Shown here: positions 41,028 to 55,214 of the stretch, in pieces
Numbering within the stretch: the first letter of the stretch is position 1
Layout: every line of letters begins with the position of its first letter
DNA from: the human T2T-CHM13v2.0 reference genome, Homo sapiens
Strand: one strand, 5' to 3'
DNA length: 64,000 nt
Assembly: GCF_009914755.1 (NCBI RefSeq)
Contig: NC_060935.1
Translations under genes and position numbers: made by a program
Notes under the pieces: model-generated
The model's input: the letters and a program-made list of their open reading frames with translations, nothing else
What the model was told of the DNA's origin: nothing
Databases searched by the model: none

Positions 41028-42094
41028 TCAATCAGCAGACAGTGATTTAACACCTATGTGCCAGTCACTGTGCTGGGGTGTGGGGTAAAGGAACAGATCA
41101 GGTTTGGTTCTGTCTCTGAAAGCTTACAGACCGGGCGGTAAAAGGCAAGGGGGGCACAGGCATGTAAGATAATAAAGTGTAGGTGTGAGTACATGGCTGG
41201 GAGCCCCGAGCAGGGCAGGACTAAGGAATGACATCGGAGCGTCACCCGTGCAGGTGCGCTGCTTAAATCCCTGTCTCTGGGAGAGCAGTCTCCAGGCCCA
41301 GAGACAGTCAGCCACAGATTTGAAACAGACTTCAGAATTTTCCCCGCCCATCCTCAGATCCCTGTGCTGGTTATTTTCCATGGAAGGAGTTGCCCGGGGG
41401 GATCTGGAAGGGTTTGGAGTTCAGTTAGGTTCAGTGCTCCCTTAGCAGCTTCCTACTGGGAGCTCCTTCAAACCCCATTGGGCATCTCAAAGCAGCCTGG
41501 GAAACTTATCAGTTCTTGGGAATTATTTCCACCTTCCCCACTGAGCGCCAGCTGTTAAGGGGAGTGAAGGGTCTGCAAAGGAAATGAAAATGTATTAATT
41601 AAGGCATCTGAAAGCCTTCTAAGAGATCAGCTTGCTGCTAAGCAGAAGAGACAGGTGGTAGGGAATTGATTTGGGTCAGAGACAGGAAAGGAAGCTACAG
41701 ACAATGTGATCTTAATGTCTTCTAAGAATTCTCTAGTCTCGATTCCCCAGCCACACAGCAGAGATGAGGATGTTACCTGTGGGCTTGGCCAGACACCAGA
41801 CTCTGGTCTGAGACCAGGGAGGCTTTCAGGAGCTCCAGTTCAGCACGCAGGGACCAAGCCTCCTCTGCCTTGCTCTCCTTCCCACCCAGACTGAGAAATC
41901 CAGCTTCTGATGATTCCCCAAGCCTAAGTCTCTGAGCTTGCCAAACTGGTTCTCTCACTCCCCTTCCCCTCAGGAGTAAGAATCCTATTCCTGAACCCGG
42001 GGTGACAACCCTATTGACCCATTCTGATGTACTTACCATCCTCAGCCAGTGGTGCCTGCCTCTAGATGCATTGATTCCATATTGGTTGTGCCTT

Positions 42095-42146
42095 CAGCTT
42101 TTACTTTCATAGAGTTCACACAGTTTTTACTTTCATAGAGTTCACA
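42095..42146. repeat. 26-bp tandem duplication
   Basis: cagcttttactttcatagagttcaca followed by cagtttttactttcatagagttcaca (1 mismatch). Confidence 0.9.
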
Positions 42147-43112
42147 TCCTGTATACATAGGACCTCCATGTATGGTTTGTGCAGGTTAAGACATGGTGAA
42201 GGAGGAATGGGGTGTGAAACCCAGCCCTCACTCTGCTCACCAAACACGTGCTCTGGGATGGGGGGGTATCTACTTGTCGATTTTTTTCCTACAAAAATGC
42301 CTTTAGCTTGCCAAGGCATGTGCCCACTAAGTCTGCTCAGAGGGCCAATCTTTATAATTCATACAACGTCCCCAACTGTACTGGGAATGAGACCCGGTGT
42401 ATAAGTTAGTTTGAGACGTTAGCATGTGATATATACAAAAGGGAATCCTACGCAAAATGGTATGGGAGCACAGAGAAGGAGGGAAGCATTTCAGCCGGAG
42501 GAAGCCAGGCAAGGCTTCAGAGCAGAGCTAATGAGAATTGTCGCCAGTGTTTATTGAATACCTACTACCTGCCAGGCATTTATCATGCATCATTTCCTCT
42601 CCACATAACAATCTTACGTGATAAATATTATTATTCATATTTCATAACCAAGATGCCAAGGTTGACTTTGGCTTAACAGAGAAGGCCAAATCAGGGTCAC
42701 ACAGCTAACAAGTGATTGATCTGGAATTCAAAGCCAAACCTGTCTGACATCAAAGCCCACGGTCATTCTAACCACTGCAATGCCTCTCAGGGAAGTGCCG
42801 TCAAGTCAGACCTTGATAGACAAGTAGGAATTTGACAGGCGACAAGGAGGAGAGAGTTGCCGGCAGAGGGAACGGTGTGAGGTCTGAAATGTATGCCAAG
42901 TTTAAGGAACATGAAGAGTGCATTGTGTCCACATCGCAGGCTGAAGAGAGGTCAGCAGCTTAAGGTGATGCTGAAGAGGCAAGCCTCAGCTGGGTGGTGA
43001 CAATCACTTAGACCATGGGAAGGAGCTGGGACTCCATTTTAAAGAGAGTGGAGAGTAACTGGAGTTTTTAAAGAAGATGAGTAATATTAGATCTTTGGTG
43101 TAAACTTTAGAG

Positions 43113-43297
43113 CAGCGGTTCTCAAAGTATTGTCCTTGAACGAGTAGCATCAGCAACACCTGGGACTTGTCAGAATCCCAATTCTGGGGCCCCATCTAGA
43201 CCTACTTAACCTGAAACTCTGGGGTGGGACTCAACAATTTGCAACTTAACAGGCCCTCCAGGTGGTGCTGATTCGAGCTTAGGTTTGAGAACCACTG
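43113..43297. mobile_element. MER5A inserted in an L2 fragment
   Basis: TIRs cagcggttctcaaa / tttgagaaccactg; internal ccctccaggtggtgctgat. Confidence 0.85.
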
Positions 43298-46200
43298 ATT
43301 CCCAATGCTGCTTGAGTCTCAGCTGAGTGGATGGATGGCGTGGGAAAGAACTGGAAGCAAAGAGACCAGTGCAGAAGCTACTGAATAATTCAAAGGAAGG
43401 CTTTAATGATGGTAGGGGCAGTGAGAGTCAAGTGGTGGTGATGGATTCAACAGGCGTTTCAGAGGTAAAAGGGATGGGGCCTGGTTATTGAATGGGGAGA
43501 CAACAGGGAAGGGAGGGAGAGGGAAGACTCCAGGCTGATTCATGGTCTCTGGGATGACGGATGGGGAAGTCATTAATGGCACACAGGGAAAGAGTAGCTT
43601 TAGACGGCAGAGATAAGGAATTAGACATGGGTATAGGAAGTCAGTAGGTAGGGGGAGTGAGGAAGGCTGGCAAGAGGCAGCACTGGGCCTGAACCCCATT
43701 TGGAAGTTGTCAGCATACAGGTGGTAGTAAAATGGGAGGAATGTGCCCACCCCTGTCCTCACACTGCCTTCCATCCCGACTGGACACCTAGGTACAAATC
43801 GCTGCTCTGCCAGCTATGAGCTGTGTGGACTTGGACAAGTCTCCCAACGTTTCTCAACCCTGGTGTCTTCACCCTCAAAATGAAAATAATAGTACCCACC
43901 CCTGGATTACTATGAGAAATAAATGGAATATAATTCCTGTAGCGTGCCTGCACTTTGTGGACGCTCTGTGAGTGTTCGCTCTCTCCTCTCCTTCCCTCCC
44001 CACGTAGGGCTGTATTTTCACCTCCTCTTCTGGCCTGGAGCTCAGCTCCTCAGCCTCACCCACCTCGGTCCCCAAACACATGCCCATCTACGTGCATGTC
44101 TGCCTGCTCCCCTGGGACATGCTCATCCAGGCCCCAGTCTTCCCTCTCCCAGGCCGGCCTGGGTTCATTCCTCTTGCCATGCAGACCACAGCAGCGTCAT
44201 TCATCAACACAGAGTGCACATGTGTCCAGTCTTGATCCTACTGGGGAGAGGCCCAGCAGCCTTCCAAGGTTATATGCGCTGTTCCAACCTACTCTCTTCT
44301 TGCCCTCACATATTCCCCCCAGGAGGTGGGGGTGTCTGAGCCCCCTCTTATTAGGTATCCAGGCAATGGCAGTGGTGGAGCACCCACTAGTCCTCTTGGG
44401 CTTAGAGAAATATAATTTTGAGTTGGAAGCCAGGGTCTGTCCCAGAACCATAAATTAGTATCTGAATCTTCATGGGCTACCATTTGCTCACATCTTCAAT
44501 GAGCATAAACATTTCCTCTATGCCCTGCCTGGCACCAGCCACAATTTCACCAGTATCCCTTCCATCTGGAAGAACTAATCCAGAGTCTACATCTCTGCAT
44601 CTCCCCTCAAGTGCCCCACACTCACTGGCCTCCTCTTGGTTCCTTGGACACAGCATGGTCAGTTCCAGCATGTGGCCTTCACATTTGCGCCTTCTTCTTT
44701 CAAAAACCTGTCTCCCAAATCTCCAGTCTATTTCCATTTCATTATCTCTGTCTAAGCCTGGCGTCCCCTTTTCTGAGACGTGTTCTTTCTCTGCCACCCT
44801 GAAGGACCCCCATCCTCTCATTTAGTCACCTTCTACCACATTACCCTGTTTTATGATCTTCAAAGAAATTATTACTGTCTAAAACCACCTTGCTTATTAT
44901 GGGACTATGTGTTTATTGACTGTCTCCGCTCACTAGAATGTAAGTTTCCTGAGGTCAGGAACTATAGCTGTCTTCTTTATCCGTCTATTGGCAGCATTCA
45001 GAACAGGCTCTGGCATATAGCACTCACTCAGCCACCAGGGGATGGGTGGTTGGATGGATGCTGTAAAGGCATGTGGAAGAGAATTAACCATCCCAGCGTT
45101 GATGCCAAAGCACTTGGAGCCTGGAACAAAGAGCCCAATGCTGGGGACCAGTTGTAGGTTTTCGGAAGATCCTTTTGCTAACAGGGAAAGCACAGCAGCA
45201 GTCCAGGTGTACCGGTGCGTTTAGCAGGTTGGGGCTGCAGGAGGTGGCTGCCCTCCCGCTTGCGCGCACTTCCTGTGATCCCTGCCTCCCGCTCCTGCCT
45301 CCACCCTCCTGGCTCCCACAGCTGGGCCTCCAGCTCACACCACTGCATGCGCGGCCCCATCTCACTTCCCAGGGCAGTATTATCTTGAGAAAGAAGAATT
45401 TAAGCATCCCTTGCCCTCCCTCCTCTCTCCATGGGGTGGGGAGGTCCAGGGGGAGTTGTCTGACTCTAGGATTGACCCTCCAGTCTCCAATTTTGTTCTC
45501 CAAGTTGCAGCGACTCCTTGCTTCATTCTTTAAGCTTTAAACCTAACTGGGTATCGGTGCAGCCCCTAACACCCACACATCTATGGTCCAACTGTCTTTA
45601 GGATAAATCTGCTCTATCAAGCTTGCAGGCTTTCTTTCCTGAAGTATGTGTGTTGGTGAGGTGTGGTGGCAGCAGGCTGGAGGTCACAGAGCAAGTGCCC
45701 ACCCCACCCATCTGGACTTCGGAGCCACCTCACCCAGACTCCCAACACTGTGCTCAACTCCCGTGGCTCCCTATGTCACCTTCTGTGCCTGCTCCACAGA
45801 TAGTACTAGCCTCATTACTGTGTGCCAGGAACAATACTTGCTTTACAAATGTTCTCCTATTTAATCTTAGGACAACATTACAAGGGCAAAAGTATATTGC
45901 CCCCATTTTATAGATCAGAAAACTGAGGCTCTGAGGTCAACTAACTTGTTCAAGATCACGTGGCTGGGAAGTGGTAGAATTAGGATTCAAATTCAGATGG
46001 GTCAGTGTGTTCTCCTGACTGCTGTGCAGAGCTGCCCCCAGCAGTTGCCACCTCTCGCTTATAGGGTGGTACCTCAGTCACCCCATCCTGCTGCTTTTGC
46101 TCCCTGCCCTACCCCACAGCTAGGCCCTGCTCATCCCTTGCCTTCCTGTGAATAGATAGTCCTGCTTCAAAGAATTCCAAATGTGGCACCTCCTTCTATC

Positions 46201-47075
46201 TTCCCTCTGCCCTCTGGCCATCCCTCACCAGAAGGTCTTGTGGTGTGTTCGATGTGCGTACTGCCTGGCTTGGCCTCGCCAACTCACAGTTCCTGGCCAG
46301 AGTCATTATATGCTCTGGGAGCTTATTTACAGATGATTTTTCTTGCCATCCTATAGCTTGTCAGGAACAACTGACATCCTCCCATTTGTCAGCGTGAGAG
46401 CCAGGCCTGGCTTAGTTGTGCCGATGGCGGTGTCGGCAGCTACAGAGGCAGCCATCTGAGAGTCCTGTTGTATTACACCCCTTTCCAGAACCTATGGAAT
46501 TATTCCTTATCTTATGCAGCCTTCAGATAGGCTGCCTCGCTTGATGCCAAGCTCTGGCCCTAGCTGTGTCTGCATTTGCTCTTGAGGCAACAATGCAAAG
46601 GCCCAGATCCTTAGAAATAGCAGCATGTAGTATGGTCGATGCATTTGGACTGCACTGAAAGGCATTGTTGACTCTTGCCAGACAGATCCCTATCCAGATC
46701 CAGGAGACACCCTGCACGGACCTGCCGTGTCCTAGGTGGCGACAGAACAGTGGGACAGAGGCCTGGCTGGCTGTCAGAGGGTGGCAAACAGTGGGACACA
46801 GGTGGGAGATCAAAACAGATGCTAGGTGTGGCCGGTAAGTCCAGCAAGTGTGCAAGCTGGGGTTAGTCTGGCCAACAGGAAAGGGGAGTTACTAGGAGCA
46901 AATCAGATAGGAGGGCTCAGCCTTAGAAAAACTTACCAGGTGGGATGTTGCGGCCCAAAGCAGAGGCTGGATCTCTGGGGCTCGTGCACAAAGGATGGAG
47001 ACAAGATGCCAGAATCAGGAACAGCTTAATAGAAGAATAGCAACGAACACTTACTGAGCACTTGCCCCATGCTAG

Positions 47076-47401
<326 letters not shown>

Positions 47402-49378
47402 CCATTCGCTCATTTAATCCTCAGAATAAACCCGTGAAGCGGAAACTGGTACCATTCATACTTTACTCATGAGAAAGCAAGTTCAGAGAGGCTAAGTAAC
47501 TTGCCCAGGATCACACAGCTAGCCAGAGGCAGACTTAAACCCAGGACCCTCTGATGGCTCTCTGGCCTAGTGTCAGATTCTGGTGGGTAGTTCATCCACC
47601 CAGCACACTGTCAGGGCATCACTGTTGAATCTAGGACAGACTGGTCCCTCTCCCCTGGGCTTTAGGACCTCTAGGGTGATGGCTGGCAAGTCCTGGGGGG
47701 CGATTACAGCTCCCAGCAGGGAGGCAAGTCTTCCCCCTGGGCTTTGCCTGGTGTTCGCAGCAGGCAGAGTTGGCTCCTCTGGGAATTTCACAATCTGTTA
47801 AGCTGTTTGTGCCAGACGAGGAATCTAGACTCTTCTTCATCCAAATGAGAATGAAAATCCATGAAAACATCCAGATGTGCATTTTACCCCTTCTTGAATT
47901 AGAAGCCACCCAGATGTGTAAAGAGAGGTGCACAGGAGGTTGGCCAGGCCTGAGTGTGGCTCCCTTGCGTGTGTGAGGTCACCGCTGTAGCAGTCGGTAC
48001 CGTGGCAGCAGCCCTGGCTCCCCTTCCAGGCTCCTCACCACAGAGTCAGCAGAGCGTTTAGTGGCAGGCTCAACAGTGGCCATTCTCCTACTTGGGAAAA
48101 TCACTTAACTTAAAAAAATATATATTGAAATAGACATATAGAAAAGTGCACAAATCGTAAGTGACAGCTTAATGAATGATCACAAAGAGGACATCCCTGT
48201 GTGATCAATCACTGTCCGGATCAAGAAATATACCCTTAGCGGCATCCTGAAGACCCCCTTGTCCCCACCCACCTCTTTCCTGTTTCACTCTCTACACCTT
48301 TCGTCTGCCCAAAGGTAACCACTATTCCAAATTTAACACCACATGACTTCTTGAGTCTCATTCTCCTCATCTCTAAATAGGTTACTGCCAACCTTAGACG
48401 TTGCTGTGGGTCTCAAGAACAATCTGTGAAAAAACAGTTTTGGGGTATGACTATTGATGGGCATATGAGCCATGTCAACAAGTGGGACACCTCTCAGAAA
48501 AAGACCAAATACACCTTTATCACCCAGGAAGAGTGGCCAGAGGTTCAGAACAATGTCTTCAGCTCTCTTCCTCAAAAAATGGCAGGGATTCCTGAGAAAA
48601 TGCCCTGCTGCCCTTTGCAGTGGTTTCAACGTGTGCACATACTGATAGGAAATGAGAAGGGGCCAGATGCTGTCCACTTTGTGGATCCAATTGGTCACAT
48701 CACTGCTCACTCCCTGGGGAGGTGGGGCAGTTCAGGGCTGGTCTCTGAGGCAGAGCTGGGGCCTCCATTCTGTCTAGCAGGAGCTGTAGGGGATGGGGTG
48801 AAAAAGTGGGAACAGAGAAGGAGCACAGGGAAGGCCTCTAGAAGTTCTCTATGGCTGTGGGCGATGCCCACAGAAGTTGGTGGTACTTTATTTTACCCAA
48901 CAAAAACAGTCCTAATAACAGGCCCGTGAATCTCACCATTCCTAATTACAGGGCTGACAAGTGGGAGGGAAAATGAAAGGAAGACAGCGCCGTGAGCTGG
49001 TGGCACTGTCGGGCTCCTACAACAGCAGAAACCTGTCGCCTGGGCTTGCCCAGGCCAGCTTTACACAGGCCCCCGATCACGCCTGGAACCCATAGCCTCG
49101 AAATAAGTGTAGGGCTGGCTAGGCCAGCACAAGCCCTTGCTCATTAGTTCAGGTCTGCAGGTTGGATCCCCATGTGGACCAGTTAGCTTTGCCCGTTGTC
49201 AGCGACCCAGAGCTTAACCAGCTGTTTTGGCAGCCAGCAGGGATGGGAGACAGGCAGAAGAGGGTGGACTCACTGGTGAAAATTCAGTGCCCCTTGTCCC
49301 ATGGCCTATTGGTGACTGTATTGTGGGCCAGAGATTTTTATCAATAAAGGGTGCATTTGGGTTAGAAATGAGCATATC

Positions 49379-49728
<350 letters not shown>

Positions 49729-50973
49729 TCAGATAGGATTCAATTTCTTTTCTTGATTCGACATGTAAATTGTTGGTCAATCTTCAGAAAGTCAGGTGTG
49801 ATGGTGGTGGTAGTAGTGATGTGAGGAAGTGAAACTTAGGCCTCTCTGGGCTTTGCCACATACCATAACCTGCCTGGACCTAAGCTCTCAGTTCCCTTTC
49901 TCTTTCACACCTCAACTATATAAACACTGACATCTATAATGCATATTAGTTTTTTAATCATGGGATTTCTTTTCACTCCCTTCAATACCTACATTGAATT
50001 TTCTGAAACAATAATTTTAAAAAATAAATAAAATTGAAGTGAATCCTTTAAGTTGCAACAAAATAATAAAGGCTGACACTTCTGGAACATTCCCTATGTT
50101 TCAGGCACTGTTCTAAGTGCTTTTTGTGTATTCATTAATTTAACCTCCCCAACATACCTACAAAGTATGTAATATTACTAACCCCATTTTCCAGATGAGG
50201 AAACTGAGGTACAAAGAGGTTAAGTAACTGGCCTAAGATTATGCAGTTAGTAAGTGGCTGAGCTGGCCCTAGAGGGTGTACCCTTGGTCAAAACATTCTA
50301 CTACAAAATCGTTCCCTCAGTTGAGAGCCAAGGATAGAGAATAATGTTAACTGAGCTCCTCTTTCTTGGATTTGTCTATTCATTCATTCAATCATGACTT
50401 CATTCAACAAATATTTATGTAGTGCCTGGCACATGGCAGGTTCTGGACACTGGAGATGTATGATGACTAAGGCAGACAAAGGTCACTCCTTCCTGAAGAT
50501 GGCACTCTAGACAATCAACAGGTAAACTGGTAAATAAACAAGACAATTTCAGGTCATGATTTCCGCTGTGAAGAAAATAAAGCAGTATAATGAGCCAGAG
50601 TGTCTCGAGGAGAGGGGCCCATTAAGTGGGCAAGTAGGGAAGGCTGCATTGATGGCATGGTGCTTGAGCTGAGGTCAGAACGGTGAGAAGCCAGCTGGGC
50701 CATGGCCAGGGCAGAGCATATGTGGAGGGGAAAGAGTAAACTCCAAGACCCCAAGGTGGAAAGTGAACTTGTCATGTTCAGAAATCAGGATGGGGGTTAG
50801 CATGACTAGCTAGACTGTGGTGAATGGGCTGCCGTATCACCAACGCCTGGTGGGCCACGGTAAGGAGTTGGGTCTTTATGAACTTGGAAGTCTCTCGGTT
50901 CTTTTCCTAGGTCCACATACACCCATGGTCTGAGGATAGCATTGAGAGTCCACAAAACTAGAAAGGAAGAATT

Positions 50974-51290
50974 GGCCGGGCACAGTGGCTTACACCTGTA
51001 ATCCCAGCACTTTGGGAGGCCAAGGCAGGCTGATCACTTGAGGTCAGAAGTTCGAGACCAGCCTCGCCAACATGGCAAAACCCCATCTCTACTAAAAATA
51101 CAGAAATTAGCTGGGTGTGGTGGTGCGTGCCTGTAGTCCCAGGTACTCAGGAGGCTGAGGCAGGAGAACTGCTTGAACCTGAGAGGCGGAGGTTGCAGTG
51201 AACCACATCACATCACTGCCCTCCAGCCTAGGTGACAAAGTGAGACTCTGTCTCAAAAAAAAAAAAAAAAAAAAAAAAGAAAGAAAGAAA
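50974..51290 (+). mobile_element. AluS (Sx/Sz-like)
   Basis: Full dimer; TSD agaaaggaa(g/a)aatt. Confidence 0.93.
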
Positions 51291-51303
51291 GAAAGGAAAA
51301 ATT

Positions 51304-51615
51304 AACATCTATATATTTTTCTAAGTTCAAACAGAAATGTAATATTTCCTTCAATTATGAATGTGGTCAACAAAGCTTCATGGTATTAACCACACCTGTG
51401 ACTTTGTCACCAATGGTATTAATTTAGTGTTGCTGTTAGACACACTTCCAGCTCTTGTTATGTAAAGAGGCACAGATACCACTATAGCACAAAAAGTGTA
51501 CACATATTTTGATAACTGAATTTCTATGTAGTCATTTTAAAATATTTTAAAATAAGAGGTTAACAGGTATCAGCAGACTGTTAAAGAGGTCCATGGCATA
51601 AAAAAATATTAAGAA
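51304..51615. mobile_element. hAT-Charlie-type DNA transposon remnant
   Basis: AT-rich, ends cagactgttaaagaggtccatggcataaaaaaatattaaga, resembling Charlie-family termini. Confidence 0.45.
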
Positions 51616-51619
51616 GGCA

Positions 51620-51919
51620 GGCCAGGCATGGTGGCTCATGCCTGTAATCCTAGCACTTTGGGAGGCCGAGGCAGGCGGATCACCTGAGATCAGGAGTGTG
51701 AGAGACCAGCCTGGCCAACGTGGTGAAACCGTGTTTCTACTAAACATACAAAAATTAGCCGGGCATGGTGGTGCACAACTGTAATCCCAGCTACTCGGGA
51801 GGCTGAGGCAGGAGAATGGCTGGAACCTGGGAGGTGGAGCTGCAGTGAGCCGAGATCGCACCACTGCACTCCAGCCTGGGAGACAGAGCAAGACTCCGTC
51901 TTAAAAAAAAAAAAAAAAA
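51620..51919 (+). mobile_element. AluS
   Basis: Full dimer with A tail. Confidence 0.93.
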
Positions 51920-52647
51920 GCTAGAAGGCGACACGGAGAAAAATGGCATCGTCTGCTTTAGCTTTCCCAAAGACCCCTCTGGCTGCAACGGGAAGAGGGG
52001 ATTGTAAGAAGCAGGACCTCACATGAGCTCTGTTTACACAGGGAGTTGAATTTAACCCTCACCACAATCTTAAGAAGTATACATTATTTTGCCTATTTTA
52101 GAGATGAGGAAACTGAAGCTCAGATTTCTGGTAATTGCTCAGCTGGTGAATGGCAGAGTCGGGATTCAAACATGCATCTGCCTGACCCCAAAAAGCAAGA
52201 GGATTGAGGATTCGTGGGCCAGTGAATAGAAGCCTGTAACAAGAGGGTCAAGGGTAAATAGTATCTGCTTGGCCTCTTGAGTCAGCTTGGACCTCTGTGC
52301 CGCATAATTTCACCTGCAAATGAACTGCCAGCCCCTTCTTTCCTTAGCGCTGGTTCGTTCCTAAAATCTGCCCTCTATAGGCCAATAACACAGCCCTGTG
52401 CCGAGCCAACTAAATATTTCATGGGGACTTTAATTTAACTCTAAAGAAATTCATCCAGCCCCGAGAGTAAGCTGTAACCTCGAGAAATAGCACCAGGGAG
52501 CACTTGGACCTGCGGATGACATTGCCACTTTCCCAGGAATGCTAATGCTCCACTGGGCCTCTGCCTCTTCAATCATTGCTGTGGATAGGCCTGGCCCAGT
52601 GAGCAGGGATGATTTCTACAAACATGGGCTCGCACTGGTTAGCAAAG

Positions 52648-52649
52648 AC

Positions 52650-52686
<37 letters not shown>

Positions 52687-52738
52687 CACGCGTGTATGTG
52701 TGTGTGCGCACATGTGTGTGTGTGTGTGTGTCTGTGTG
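52648..52738. repeat. (TG)n/(CG)n alternating purine-pyrimidine microsatellite
   Basis: Unbroken R/Y alternation 52648-52731 including gcgcgcgcg. Confidence 0.95.
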
Positions 52739-53499
52739 TTGGCACAGGTGAACAATTGGGTGCTATTTACTGTTCCTTTATTCCCTGATCTTTGTTCCTA
52801 TATCCTGGTTCTGAAAGAAGGGAGAGGTGGTGGGGTTGGCATCCAGTCTCCCCAGTGGACAAGGACACCAAATATTTTGCAGGTGCCATGTGACCCCTAA
52901 GAGTTTCTCTTTGTCTCCAGCCCGCGGCGGGTGGCGTGGGCAGACAGCCTGACTCATGTGGCAGGAGAGCAGATGTGTGTGTTCTCAGGCATGTGACGCT
53001 GAAGTCTAAGGGATGAGCCCTGCGGATGCTCGTGTGGGCCAGGAGTGGGAGTGAGCCTCCCTGGCTCCTTCTGATCCCATTGCCCTGCAGCTCGGTGACC
53101 CCAGTGAGTCCTGGCAAGTTCCCTGGGCATCTCAATAGGTGCGGGTGGGAGGGAGAAAGCCGCCCGCAGGTAAACTGATCAAAAGACAGGAAGTGAGCAG
53201 ATAATCTAATTTGAAATGGGCTGAGATACAGATGTTATTCTGCTCAAATGCACAGCACAAAAGGACTGGGGCCTGGGGAGAATTGGGAAGCAGCTCCGTG
53301 GAGCCAGTCTTCTGGCCTCTGGCTCAGCCTGGGCCTGTCATCTCCATTCCTTCCCGGGCTGTAATTAACACCCCTCCGCTGATAGCTGCTTTAAGCCAGA
53401 TTGGAGCATGGGGCCCTTCCTCTTCTGGTTGGGCGTCCCACATGACACCGTCCAAGGTGTTAGAGGGAACCGGGTCTGGGGCAGGGCAAGGGGAGAAGG

Positions 53500-53513
53500 G
53501 CGCCCTCTAGTGG
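53500..53513 (-). promoter_or_regulatory. CTCF core motif
   Basis: Reverse strand CCACTAGAGGGCGC matches CCASYAGRKGGCRS exactly, in non-repeat sequence. Confidence 0.7.
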
Positions 53514-55214
53514 GGAACCTACGGCTTCAAGTCCTTAGGTTGGAGGATGTCTGATCGCATCCACAGCATGACCTGAATCTGGTTCTAATGTTCCAGCCTC
53601 CTGACAAAAATCCCTCCTGCATACAGGCATCTGTCAGAAATCAGCCTGCTTCAGCTGCCAGCAAGAAGGGGCTCGAGGGCAGGCCACGTTTGGGGGGGGG
53701 GTCCCCTCCTTACCCACGCTGTTGGCTGCACTGGCTCTTCACTAGGGACTGACTGTGTGCCCTCTTGGGGAAAGTCACTGCGAACAGTGCAGTAATAAGA
53801 AAGCCAAGCGCACAGTCCTGAGAATGTGTACATGGGGGTCTGAAGCTAGCTTTCTTCATGTCCTAGCTGCGTGTATTTGAGCAAATGATGAACCTCTCTG
53901 GGTCTCAGCGTCTTTGTCTCCAAAACAGGGCTAATGGCAGTTTTGAAATGTTGTTTATGTTAAATTTTTTCAAAGATTTGATCCCTGCTTCAAGAAGTTT
54001 ATCTAATGTAGAGATAAGATATGCACACAAATGTAAACAGCAGTAATAGTAAGAGCTAACATTTATTGTGAGTTATCTGTGTCAGGCCTAAGCTTTGTGT
54101 GGGTTGCTCATTTAATTCCCATAGAAGCTCCATGGAGGTGGGAACTATCATTATCCCTACTTTACTGATGAAAAAACTGAGGCACAGAGAAGTTAAGGTC
54201 ACGCAGCTCATAGGTGGCAGAGTTGGAGTGTGAGTCCAGGCATCCTGTACTAATACAAGGAAATTTATAGTATATGCCATGGTGGGTGGCATGAGCATTG
54301 CCTTCTCTCTTTGGCGACAGACAAGGGAGGGCTTATGCCTGAGAAGATGATCAGAGAAGGTTTTATGAGGATGGTAAACTTTGAATAGACCTTGAAGAGT
54401 AGGTGGAGTTGATGTTTGGACTTTTGATGTGGAGTAAATTTAACTGCAGAAAAGTACAAGGTGTGTTGAGAGCCAGCTGAGTTGGCCTGGCTGCAGGGGA
54501 GGGGCAGTGTCTGGGAGAGGAGTGATGGAGATGGGGCTGAACTTGCAGGAGTAGGCAGACCATGAGGGCCAGACTCCCACATGCTGGACTGCAGAGGAGT
54601 GGGAGTCGTGAATAATTTCTTAGGGAGGACAGGTATAGTTGCTGTGGTGCGTAAGTGAGTTTTGCTAGAAATATTGAGCACCCGCTTTATTCCAGGTAAT
54701 GTGTTTTGTGCATTATATGTATTATTTCCTTTGTCCTCATAACATCTCTGAATTGGCAATTATTATCCCCACTTTACAGATAAGAAAAACGAGCTGGGAG
54801 AGGATATCACAGCTATCTAAGGTCACACTGTTAGTAACTGGCAGGGCGAGGACTTGAACCCAGTTTGGCTTGGTGCCAGTGACCCAGGCAATGTAGTCAC
54901 AGGTCAGAGCAGGTGGAGGGAAGCAGTTATGTCTTTGACCTTGGCCTTATTAGGAGGGCCCCTGCAGGGACTGGAGAGAATGGCAGGCTAGGAGGTTTGG
55001 CAACACAAGGACTTAGGCACCCCTTGGTTATTGTACCATGGAGGTCATGCTGACCTTGGCTGGAGTGATATTGGTGGAGTGATGGGGTGGAGACCAGAGT
55101 GCCTGGAGTGTGGTGATATACATGGCAAGGGAGTGAGGAGAAAAATGCAGAGGGCCCTTTCTTGCCTCCCTTCAATCTTTTTCTTCACTAGAGCCGATTG
55201 AATGTGCTGCATAT

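Noticed and set aside
41835-41860. ttcagcacgcagggacc as a REST/RE1 site
   Set aside because: Left half imperfect and the right half GGACAGCGCC is absent.
42095-42146. Direct repeat considered as a CRISPR-like array
   Set aside because: Only two adjacent copies with no spacer; a simple tandem duplication in a eukaryotic intron.
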